Origin: Eledone cirrhosa
Taxonomy: Eukaryota
DNA: 64,000 nt
Direction: 5' to 3'
Assembly (NCBI GenBank): GCA_964016885.1
Contig: OZ024751.1
Location: 27,032,001 to 27,096,000 of the forward strand
A program made the position numbers and the translations under genes. Shown here piece by piece: positions 40,855-53,880 of this stretch. Positions within the stretch are counted from its first letter, which is position 1; every line of letters begins with the position of its first letter. The notes beneath the pieces were generated by a model. It saw nothing but the letters and a program-made list of their open reading frames with translations. It had not been told where the DNA came from and did not search any database.

Positions 40855-41025
40855 CCAGTATTTTGAGAGCAACAGAGCTGTGTTTTATGATCAGCCCTCA
40901 CTTACCAGCTTCCCAAGTATTTTGAGAGCAACAGAGCTGTGTTTTATGATCAACCCTCACTTACCAGCTCCCTAGTATTTTGAGAGCAACAGAGCTGTCT
41001 TATGGTCAGCCCTCACTTACCAGCT
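40855..41025. repeat. About 60-bp repeat x3 containing a splice donor
   Basis: ccctcacttaccagct occurs three times. Confidence 0.85.
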
Positions 41026-41108
41026 TTAGGTTTTACCCTTTCATCTGTGTATTGAGGGTGTTCGTGACTTGTTAAAGTTTGAAAATGTTTGGGGAAAATA
41101 GTGAAACT
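41021..41108 (-). CDS. Candidate 88-nt internal exon of the same gene (SFTIFPKHFQTLTSHEHPQYTDERVKPKA)
   Basis: tttatttag acceptor (phase 0), open frame, strong CTG|gtaagt donor (phase 1); no recognised homology. Confidence 0.4.
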
Positions 41109-41583
41109 CTAAATAAAGTGCATTTCTTGTTTCTGAATTTCCAAGCTCTGCTTTTTGATTGGTCTATTCTTCAACTCTTTTCAGGAATAGACCAATCAAA
41201 TCATAATATATCAAAAGAAAAAACAAAACAGAAACATATGAAAGATAGTGTAAAACCTCCAGATGGTTCACTTTCCTATTCTAGTAATAGAAATTTATTA
41301 GGGCTGCATATGTCCTATTTTTACATCCTATTTCTACCGGTCTTTATTCTTTGTTTACTCAACAACAACAACAAAGACGATAACCATTCTGTTGTAAGGA
41401 TAAGAGCTCTAGGTTGATATTACTAACATAAGACCAACAGGAAAGAAGAGTTTTAATGGTGTTATAAGGTGGATTGGGCTTAAAACTGGGAGATGTCTGT
41501 AATGTCCCCAATCAATCCTAACTTTGTGATCGGAAGGAGGAGCTTTAATGAGTTTTTGTCATGCACCGGCCAGATACATATCT

Positions 41584-41622
<39 letters not shown>

Positions 41623-41799
41623 CGCACATATATGGGTAATTTACTGACTGAGTCCAACAAAAAGAATTTTGATGAACTGAGAGTGTAAATAAATTATATC
41701 TATACTAAGAGTTACACATTGAGTACTTCATTCTAAGTGGCCTTACTATGATCTCTTGGACTAGCAATCCTGGATTTACTTGCTTATACACATACACAC

Positions 41800-41873
<74 letters not shown>

Positions 41874-41970
41874 ATTACATATATATACACATACATACAT
41901 ATCTATATGCATATGCATGTGAGTGTGTGCATATATGTGTGTGTGTGTGGTGTACACATTTATATGTATC

Positions 41971-42038
<68 letters not shown>

Positions 42039-42462
42039 AGGGAGAGTAAAGGATTGTTGAGTGATGTAGGTGTGGGGGGAGGTGAGCATTAATAGATATA
42101 CGGGGGGAGGGGGGTAAATCAGAACCAGAGCAGATCAGATCACCAAGAAATGTTTATTGGTGAAGAATCATGAAACATGTACATTGTAGAGATGTGGTAG
42201 TGTTGAGAGAGGGGGGGGGGGGGGCGAGAGAGGGGGGGGGGGGGGTGAAAGGACAGGTAAAGACAGAAAGGTAGAGACACAGAATTTGACAGGAAGGGGA
42301 CTGAGATATGTGTATTTACAAATACATACATGTAATTATATGTATATATATACACAAACATATATATATGAATATACATGTATATATATATATATATGTG
42401 TATACATATATATATATATATGTATATATATATGTATATATATATATGTATATATATATGTT

Positions 42463-42513
<51 letters not shown>

Positions 42514-43224
42514 GTATATATGTATATATATATGTATGTATGTATATATATATATATATGCGTGTGTATATATATATATATATACATATATTTGCGTGTG
42601 TGTATATATATATACATTCATACGTATATGCATGGAAGGGAGACAGAGAGGAGACACAGAAAAGGTCTATGAACAGAAATACAAAAATAAAGAAGAAAGA
42701 GAAGATGATAGAGGAGGTATATGAAGGGGGGGGGGAGGGGAATGGGAGAGAAAGTCAGACAAACAGAATATAAGACTGAAAAAAGATTATAAAAATTAAA
42801 AAAAGTTTCAAATATGAAGAGAAAGGGAAAATGACAGGCAAACAGACAGACAAGTCTGGCTGTCTCACTATCTGTCTCTCTGTTTATCTAACTATTTATC
42901 TCCCTATTTCTCTATCTATCTATATATCTATCTAGATAAATAGATAGAAAGATAGAATAATAGATAGGTAGATTAAGAGACAGACAGACAGACAAATTGA
43001 CATGTATACATATATGTACAAGACAGACAAACTGGGAATCATGCAAACATTTAATTGACAAAGGCAAAAAGAAATTAAAAAAGAGAGGGAGATGCAAGCA
43101 GATAGAGAGATAAATAGATAGGTAAATAGAGAGATAAAGAGAGAGAGAAAAAGAGAGAGAGAGAGAGAAGCATATTGTGCAAACTTGTTGCTTGTTCTAA
43201 TTGATAAATTGTCCTTTCACTTAC

Positions 43225-43392
43225 GGCTGTTATCTGTTGGCTTAAGTTTGAGGATTTCTCTAGTAGACATTGTGATTCAATCACCTGCAGGATTATAGAA
43301 TCTGGGTTGCGGTGCCTCCCATGATACCAAAGACCGGTGCTAAGTACCAAAACTCTCCGCTTCCGACACAAGTGGCAAACCCATTCCTGGAG
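43225..43392 (-). CDS. Exon of a RIM/Fife/Piccolo-family active-zone protein: C-terminal part of the FYVE-like Rab-binding zinc finger
   Basis: tttgcag|CTC CAG GAA TGG acceptor; encodes LQEWVCHLCRKRRVLVLSTGLWYHG, resembling RIM WVCNLCRKQQEILTKSGAWF (last CxxC pair plus SGxW-type motif). Donor GCC|gtaagt is phase 0; an alternative phase-0 donor CAG|gtgatt would end the exon at 43285. Confidence 0.8.
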
Positions 43393-43929
43393 CTGCAAAT
43401 ATATTTATAACTTGGAATGAGGTCGAACTGTTGATGCACCCGGAATGTACTGGAAGAATTTACCGTTTTTTTTTTAAATTATTTTTTTCTATATTTTTAT
43501 GGCTTATGTCATATTATTAAGCCCTACTAATGTGGAATGTTTACTAAATTCTATAGGGCTATAGGGGGTTTCTATATATATATACATATATTATACATGT
43601 ATATATATATATATATTGTATATATTATATATGTATGGAAGGAATCTTAAGCTATAATACCATTATAGATAACTTTAAATGGTTTAGAATGCCTAATTTC
43701 CAATACATTGTTATCCCATTAGAGAGTAGTATAGTAAATATAATGGTTGGTGAACTGCTGAGTGTACTGATCTACCTGCTGGTCAGGGGTTCAATATCTA
43801 GAATAGTGTGTTTATATATATATATATGTATATATATTGTGTTGTTCACTTTCTAATTAAATAGCTCTGTTCTATACATAGAGCACTCTTTTTTCCTTTG
43901 CTTTTCCTTTGGAATAATGTAACACACAC

Positions 43930-43975
43930 ATATATATATATATGTATATATATATGTATATATATATGTATATAT

Positions 43976-44055
<80 letters not shown>

Positions 44056-44789
44056 ATATATAAATACATATATATATATATATGTATATACATAAATATA
44101 TATATATACATATACATATATATATATATAAATACATATATATATATATGTATATACATAAATATATATATATACATATACATAAATACATATATATATA
44201 TACATATGTATATACATATATATATATATATACATATACATAAATACATATATATATATATATATATACATATATAAATATATATACATGTATATATGTA
44301 TATACATATATATATATACATATATATATATATACATATATATGTACATATATATATAAATATATATATACATATATATATGTATGTACATATATATATA
44401 TATATATATATACATATATATAAATATATATATACATATATATATATACATATATATATACATATATATATACATATATATATATACATATATATATATA
44501 CATATATACATATATATATACATATATATATACATATATATATACATATATATATATACATATATATATACATATATATATACATATATATATACATATA
44601 TATATACATATACATATACATATACATATATATATACACATATATATATACATATATATACATATATATATACATATATATATACATATACATATATATA
44701 TACATATATATATACACATATATATATACACATATATATATACACATATATATATATACACATATATATATACACATATATATATACAC

Positions 44790-44822
<33 letters not shown>

Positions 44823-44825
44823 CAC

Positions 44826-44868
<43 letters not shown>

Positions 44869-44943
44869 TATATACATATATATATATACATATATATATA
44901 TACATATATATATATACATATATATATATACATATATATATAC

Positions 44944-44976
<33 letters not shown>

Positions 44977-45163
44977 CATATATATATACATATATATATA
45001 CATATATATATATATACATATATACATATACATATATATATACATATATATATATACATATATATATATTTATACATATGTATATATTTATATATATATA
45101 TATATTTATATATATACATATATATATATACATATATATATACATACATATATATATACATAC

Positions 45164-45194
<31 letters not shown>

Positions 45195-45317
45195 CATATA
45201 TATATATACATATATATATATACATATATATATATATACATACATATATATATATATATATACATTTATATATATATACATATATATATACATATATATA
45301 TATACATATATATATAC

Positions 45318-45354
<37 letters not shown>

Positions 45355-45411
45355 CATATATACATATATATATACATATATATACATATATATATATACA
45401 TATATATATAC

Positions 45412-45462
<51 letters not shown>

Positions 45463-45527
45463 CATATATACATATATATATACATATATATATATATACA
45501 TATATATATACATATATATATACATAA

Positions 45528-45576
<49 letters not shown>

Positions 45577-45767
45577 TATATACATATATATATACATATA
45601 TATATACATAAATATATATACATATATACATATAATATATATAAATATATATATATATGAATATATATATATATGTATTTATATATATATAAATATATAT
45701 ATGAATATATATATGTATTTATATATATATATAAATATATATATATATGAATATATATATATATATG

Positions 45768-45819
<52 letters not shown>

Positions 45820-45941
45820 TGTATTTATATATATATATAAATATGTATTTATATATATATATATATAAATATGTATTTATATATATATATATATATATAT
45901 GAATATATATATATATGTATTTATATATATATATAAATATG

Positions 45942-46011
<70 letters not shown>

Positions 46012-46012
46012 A

Positions 46013-46044
<32 letters not shown>

Positions 46045-46103
46045 ATATAAATATGTATATATATATATATAAATATGTATTTATATATATATATAAATAT
46101 ATA

Positions 46104-46142
<39 letters not shown>

Positions 46143-46207
46143 TCATATATATATTCGTATATATATATATTCATATATGAATATATATATATGTATATAT
46201 ATATATT

Positions 46208-46251
<44 letters not shown>

Positions 46252-46393
46252 TATACATATATATATATTTATATATAAATATATATATTCATATATATAG
46301 GATTAAAATACTGGAGCGTGTTCGAGTTAAACACCCTCTTCGTATTATAGAAATGACAGTAAATTCATATATATACATATATATACATATATA

Positions 46394-46441
<48 letters not shown>

Positions 46442-46443
46442 CA

Positions 46444-46474
<31 letters not shown>

Positions 46475-46825
46475 TCATATATATATACATATATACATAT
46501 ATATATATTCATATATATATATACATATATATACATATATATATATATATATATTCATATATATATATATATTCATATATATATATATATATATACATAT
46601 ATACATATATTCATATATATATATATATACATATATACATATATTCATATATATATATATATACATATATATTCATATATATATATATACATATATATAT
46701 ATACATATATATATATACATATATTCATATATATATATATATACATATATATTCATATATATATATACATATATATATATACATATATATACATATATAT
46801 ATTCATATATATATATATATTCATA

Positions 46826-46858
<33 letters not shown>

Positions 46859-46910
46859 TCATATATATATATATACATATATATTCATATATATATATAC
46901 ATATATATTC

Positions 46911-46946
<36 letters not shown>

Positions 46947-46948
46947 TC

Positions 46949-46998
<50 letters not shown>

Positions 46999-47002
46999 GT
47001 TC

Positions 47003-47036
<34 letters not shown>

Positions 47037-47038
47037 TC

Positions 47039-47072
<34 letters not shown>

Positions 47073-47210
47073 TCATATATATATATATATATTCATATAT
47101 ATATATATACACATATATATATATACATATATATATATACATATATATATACATATATATATATATTCATATATATAAATATATAAATACATATATATAT
47201 ATATATAAAT

Positions 47211-47255
<45 letters not shown>

Positions 47256-47260
47256 TATAA

Positions 47261-47309
<49 letters not shown>

Positions 47310-47548
47310 TATAAATACATATATATATATATATAAATATATAAATACATATATATATATATATAAATATATAAATACATATATATATATAAATATATAA
47401 ATACATATATATATAAATACATATATATATATATAAATCTATAAATACATATATATATATAAATATATAATACATATATATATATATATAAATACATATA
47501 TATATATATAAATATATAAATACATATATATATATATAAATATATATG

Positions 47549-47583
<35 letters not shown>

Positions 47584-47634
47584 TTATATATATATATATA
47601 TATAAATACATATATATATATATAAATATATATG

Positions 47635-47669
<35 letters not shown>

Positions 47670-47748
47670 TTATATATATATAAATATATAAATACATATA
47701 TATATATATATAAATATATAAATACATATATATATATAAATATATATG

Positions 47749-47785
<37 letters not shown>

Positions 47786-48197
47786 TTATATATATATATA
47801 TATATATATAAATACATATATATATATATAAATACATATATATATAAATACATATATAAATATATATATAAATACATATATATATAAATACATATATATA
47901 TAAATACATATATAAATATATATAGATATATAATACATACATATATAAATACATATATATATAAATACATATATAAATACATATATATATAAATACATAT
48001 ATATATATAAATACATATTTAAATATATATATGTATTTATATATATGTATTTAAATATATATATGTATTTATATATATATATATGTATTTATATATATAT
48101 ATATATATGTATTTATATATAAATACATATATATATATAAATACATATATATATATATATATAAATACATATATATATACATACATATATATATATT

Positions 48198-48277
<80 letters not shown>

Positions 48278-48380
48278 TATAAATACATATATATATACAC
48301 ATATATATACATATATATATAAATACATATATATAAATAGATATATATATACACATGTATATACATATATATATAAATAC

Positions 48381-48413
<33 letters not shown>

Positions 48414-49020
48414 CATATATATACATATATATATAAATACATATATATATACATATTTATATATATATACATATATATATACATATATATATATAAAAAT
48501 TACATATATATATATAAATACATATATATATACATATATATATATACACATATATATATATAAATACATATATATATACACATATATATATACACATATA
48601 TATATACATAGTATTAAGGATACTATTTATGGTTATGCAAATACAAAAACCTTTTGTAGTTATATATATTTTTACAAACCCTAAATAGTGATAGGCAGTA
48701 ATATATTACTCCCTTATTACCAGTAAGTTAAATAGCTCAATGTAATAACATCAGATGTTTTACAGAGCAGTTATATATAAGTTATAAGAATCAAAGCATA
48801 TAAATGATTTGATAGGAGCTTTGATTCTTATAACTTATAACTTATATATATATATATATACACATATATATATATATGCTCATAAAATATATATACATAT
48901 ACATATATACACACACATATATATATACATACATATATCTATATATATATATACACATATATATATATATATACATATATATACACATATATATATACAT
49001 ATATCTATATATATATACAC

Positions 49021-49051
<31 letters not shown>

Positions 49052-49178
49052 TATATATACATATACACATATATATATATACATATATATACACATATAT
49101 ATATATACATATATACACATATATATACGCATATATATATACACATATATATATATACATATATATACACATATATAT

Positions 49179-49217
<39 letters not shown>

Positions 49218-49332
49218 TATATATACATATATACACATATATATACACATATATATATATACATATATACACATATATATACACATATATATATACATAC
49301 ACACACATATATATACACATATATATATACAT

Positions 49333-49397
<65 letters not shown>
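43930..49397. repeat. About 5.5-kb degenerate (TA)n field
   Basis: Interrupted by short unique inserts at about 46299-46363 and 48610-48845. Confidence 0.95.
48700..48845 (-). mobile_element. Miniature fold-back: tail plus 22-bp inverted arms
   Basis: agctcaatg...agagc motif, then arms 48776-48797 and 48818-48839, then (TA)n. Confidence 0.5.
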
Positions 49398-49399
<2 letters not shown>

Positions 49400-49802
49400 C
49401 TCTAGTTGAACCAGAACAAGCGACCAGCATCGTTAGTAACCACTAAATTAGTACAAAGAAACCGTGGTCATGGATAATGGCATGAGAATAATGTACCCTA
49501 CATGTGGCTTAAAGGGTTCGCCTTGAAATTATGAGAAGATTATTGAATATGAGAGGCACCAGAAGATGGAGTGATGGTAAAATGGGTGAACATGTATATA
49601 ACAACCTGGTTGAGGACTTATAAGTTCCAGTAATAAACACATAGAATATGCACTAAATAGAGGAACATATATACTATTTATAGAGATAAAATATTTATTA
49701 TTAATAGTGACTAACCAGTCAAGTTTAATAGCATATACATAATGTATATATGTATATATATAGTGGGTGTGTGGGTAGCAAAAATATCAACAAGAATAAA
49801 AG

Positions 49803-49909
<107 letters not shown>

Positions 49910-49911
49910 CA

Positions 49912-50767
49912 CTAGCAGCAGTACCCAGCGTTGCCTGGGTAGGTAAAATAATATCTGCTTTGATGAAAAGGTGTTGACCTTAGCGACTGCTTCCCGATGA
50001 CTGATCTAAGGCCACACACAGGCCATTCGGGGGAAGGTGGTGATGACCTCTATCACTGAGAAACGCGGGTGACTGACGAAGGGCATGTGGGGGAGGGAGT
50101 TTCGAATTTGAACGAAATTGGTTGAAAAATGTGGGAGCTAGAGCCGAAAAGGCGGAAATTTGAGCGGAAAGGTGGTATTTTCGAATATTTAAGCGGCTGC
50201 CACGACGTTCCTGAACAAAAAATCAAAAATGTAAAGCCACTTTAAGATGTGAAATAATCAGATCTAGTAGGTTGATTAATGTGGGAGCTAGAACTGAAAA
50301 AGTGGAAATTTGAGTCTAAAAGTGGTCTTTTTGAATATTTAAGCGGCTGCCACACTGTCCCTGAACAACAAATGCAAAATATAAAGCCATTACAGGATGT
50401 ACAATGATAAATTCTATTTTGCTTTAAAATTTGAACAAAATCGATGGCAAAATGTGGGAGCTAGAGCCAAAAATCATATTTTTCGATACCTAAAAATCTT
50501 ATTTTTCAATACCTAAAAATTATCTGCAGAATGACCCTGGAATATAAAAAAAACCATACGCTAATATATAGAAAACATTCCCGGATGACTAATCTATGAG
50601 CCTGTAAAGTTTCATGAAAATCGGTCGTAAGATGTAGGCCCCTATAGGTAATACACAGACGCACACACACATACTTAATTTTATAAAGAAAATCGGTCGT
50701 AAGATGTAGGCCCCTATAGGTAATACAAAGACGCACACACACATACTTAATTTTATAAATATACAGA
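49912..50767 (-). mobile_element. Non-autonomous Helitron
   Basis: Minus strand: A|TC 5' end, 3' hairpin acccag-gcaacg-ctgggt then CTAG|T, no TSD; duplicated 5' segment of about 70 bp; three internal aatgtgggagctaga repeats. Confidence 0.8.
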
Positions 50768-50848
50768 TATATGAACCTAATAAACTACCATTTGTACTGC
50801 CTCTCTGTTTTTTGTTTCTGTCTAATATTTAACTACATATCTATCTAT

Positions 50849-51078
50849 CTAGGGCGGGTAAAATTCCCAAGATCCATGGACGAGTTCTCTCCAGCGGTCT
50901 CTGTCCCTCATTATCACTGCCATGTCCTGCATCTCCAACAGACCAGTGTCTGTCCTTAGGGCATCAACATATGTTAACCTTGGTCTTCCTCTTCCAGTGT
51001 GTCCATGCAGTGTCAACTCTGGATGTCGGTGAGCATGTCCAGCTAACCTCAGTCTCCTCTGTGTCACCTTTGAGCTGA
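50849..51078 (-). pseudogene. RTE-type LINE C-terminal fragment
   Basis: RRLRLAGHAHRH...GRGRPRLTYVD...MRDRDRWR. Confidence 0.8.
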
Positions 51079-51092
51079 CATATATATATATA

Positions 51093-51291
51093 ACAAAGAA
51101 GGGATGGTAAGATACCAGGTGAACCATAACGCACCAGAGTACTCAATACTTAGGGTAGTAGAGTGGGTAATAGGAAAAGAGTCAGGACCCCAACAGCTGA
51201 GCTCCGTCCGTTTCTAGTTTAGTGGTTTAGTTCGGATCTAGCTGTTGAAACGGCCAGAGCTCAGCCGTCGGGGACCTGACTCTTTTCCTAT
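51093..51291 (-). mobile_element. Fold-back element, diverged subfamily of the same family
   Basis: Imperfect arms of about 45 bp (51170-51214 and 51247-51291); same tail; TA-flanked. A related fragment lies at about 25745-25831. Confidence 0.7.
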
Positions 51292-51326
51292 ATATATATT
51301 ATTAAATATATATATATATATATATA

Positions 51327-51436
51327 TTTAATATAGAAATGGCTTCAGAGCCATTTCTATATTAAAAATTTATATTCTGCTATGTATTGAGTACCTTACT
51401 TACTGTGATTACCCCCGATTGAACCCAGGGTAAACA
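51327..51436 (+). mobile_element. Miniature fold-back: 18-bp hairpin plus tail
   Basis: tttaatatagaaatggct/tcag/agccatttctatattaaa followed by attctgctatgtattgagtacc and TA runs. Confidence 0.55.
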
Positions 51437-51460
51437 TATATATATATATATATATATATA

Positions 51461-51713
51461 ACGAAGAAAATGTGGTAAGGAACCAGGTGGACCATAACGC
51501 ACCAAAGTACTCAATACTTAGGGTAGTAGAGTGAGTAATAGGAACGAGTGGGACCCCGACGGCTGAGCTCAAGCCGTTTCGACGGCTAATTCTGGACTAA
51601 ATGAAAATTTTTATCCTGGGCTATTCATATACCAGGATAAAAATTTTCATTTAGTCCAGAATTAGCCGTCGAAACGGCTTGAGCTCAGCCGTCGGGGTCC
51701 CACTCGTTCCTAT
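51461..51713 (-). mobile_element. Fold-back element, 'acgaag...gtactcaatacttagggtagtagagt' family
   Basis: Perfect 82-bp arms (51538-51619 and 51632-51713) with a 12-nt loop; (TA)n on both sides. Confidence 0.8.
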
Positions 51714-52257
51714 ATATATATATATATATATATATAGGTAATATTTATATATTTATTATATACACATGATATTACATCTGTAACTAATGCTTTCATGAGC
51801 TAACTAATCCTGCAGAACTAAGTGATGGGTTTTTATGTCATGTCTTCAGGCAAATGTACACATTCTCTATTTGCCTGAAGAATTACTAAAGACCATCAAA
51901 TGAATGTGTGTATATACAAACATACATACGTACCTATAAATTACTAGCATGTATGTATAGTTGTCTCCCTCACAAACACACACATAGACACAGGTACATT
52001 CTATGTAGTCTTCCTACCTAGTATGATGACACTTTGAAACCCTCTCCTCTTTCCCTTTACAAGTGTAATACCTCCCATCAAGGTCCCTAATCAATACCTC
52101 ATGATGTCAAGGTCAACAAGCTGACTAGCACCACACCAGTGTTAGAAGCTCTACTTACTATTCTATACCTTCTTGGGGAAGAAATTACAGAAGTGGTTGT
52201 ATTTCAATGTTGCAGATCCATATGATACTCTTATCACTGTTATAAACATTCCTGTTA

Positions 52258-52890
52258 CCACTATGTCGCTATAGTACCTACATATATCTCTATGTCGCTA
52301 TAGTACCTACTATGTCGCTATAGTACCTACTATGTTGCTATATTACCTACTATGTCGCTATAGTACCTACTATGTTGCTATAGTACCTACTATGTTGCTA
52401 TATTACCTACTATGTCGCTATAGTACCTACTATGTCTCTATAGTACCTACATATATCTCTATGTCGCTATAGTACCTACTATGTCACTATATTACCTACT
52501 GTGTTGCTATAGTACCTACTATGTCGCTACATTACCTACTATGTCGCTATAGTACCTACTATGTTGCTATAGTACCTACTAAGTTGCTATAGTACCTACT
52601 ATGTCGCTATAGTACCTACTATGGTGTTATAGTACCTACTATGTTGCTATTGTACCTACTATGTTGCTATAGTACCTACTATGTTGCTATAGTAGCTACA
52701 TATACCACTATGTAGCTTTAGTAGCTACATATACCACTATTTAGCTATAGTAGCTACATATACCACTATTTAGCTATAGTAGCTACATATACCACTGTGT
52801 AGCTATAGTACCTCTATATTGCTATAGTACCTACATGTATCTCTATATTGCTATAGTAGCTACATATATCTCTATATTGCTATAGTACTA
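52258..52890. repeat. 20-bp minisatellite
   Basis: ctactatgtcgctatagtac variants. Confidence 0.9.
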
Positions 52891-52954
52891 AACAGAATTC
52901 CATCATCAGATTCTACAGTCAGTTGTACACATCAGTGAAACTAAAAACCTAACT

Positions 52955-53121
52955 GTAATAAAAGACTGACAAGTTTCAGAAAGCCGTTACAATAGAAATA
53001 TCTAAAGGACAAAGGATGACAGCACAAAGTAATGTTTTACTCAGTCTATTTATTTCTCACCCTTTGCCCTTTATTCTACTACATTGTAATGGCTTTTTGA
53101 AATTTATCGGTCTTTTATTAC
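52955..53121. mobile_element. MITE-like element
   Basis: Imperfect TIRs gtaataaaagactgacaagtttcagaaagccgttacaat and attgtaatggctttttgaaatttatcggtcttttattac. Confidence 0.6.
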
Positions 53122-53274
53122 ATATCTCACAATGCTTCATATTAACTAAACTAATTTTAAATTTACTGATGAGTAAGATTAAGTATAAAGTCAACTCTAT
53201 AAAACATTTAGGTATGATGAACTGTGTTCACCAAAATTCTATTATAGCAGCCTCTGCACATTTCTAACATAAGT

Positions 53275-53520
53275 TTATATATGATTTCTCAAAGACCTGT
53301 CGCAGTGTGTATATATAGTCAGCAGTGCTGCGTCCGGGGTGAACACCACACTGTTCAGCAGCTAGATTAGACTCGACAATCTTCCTGCATCTGTTTGCCA
53401 GACACTTTGCATAGACTTTACCAGTGAGGCTTAACAAGGAGGTCCCTCTGTAAGTGGAACAATCTCTCTTGTCTCCTGTTTTGAAAATTGGTATTATCAC
53501 TTCCGATTGTCATTGCTAAG
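53275..53520 (-). pseudogene. Non-LTR RT fragment
   Basis: IIPIFKTGDKRDCSTYRGTSLLSLTGKVYAK...EQCGVHPGRSTADYIYTLRQ. Confidence 0.85.
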
Positions 53521-53692
53521 GTGCCCCTCCAGAGATCCAGGCTATCTGGCACACACACATCAGCCAGAGAGTACCTTCTCTATTTAAGGCTTTTAAGGGA
53601 GAAGGAGGAGGAGAAGAAGAAGTTTATATACATTGTTTTGCTGTTCTTGTGCAAAAGACAAACAAAAGTTATGAATATAAAATATAAAACAT

Positions 53693-53880
53693 AATTGTTT
53701 CTACTTTAGGCACAAGGCCAGCAATTACCCAGTGCATTACTGGTACTTTATTTTATCGACCCCGTAAGGATGAAAGGCAAAGTCAACCTCGGCGGGATTT
53801 GAACTCAGATCGTTAAGGGACGTAACTATGCTGGAAAGCATGGCGTCCGACCCTCTACCGATACTGCCAATCCACCGCCC
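53693..53880 (-). mobile_element. Full-length tRNA-derived SINE
   Basis: Minus strand A box tggcagtatcgg, B box gttcaaatcc, body tttgcctttcatccttacggggtcgataaaataaagtacc; partial copies at 1826-2049, 25001-25062 and 25505-25622. Confidence 0.85.
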
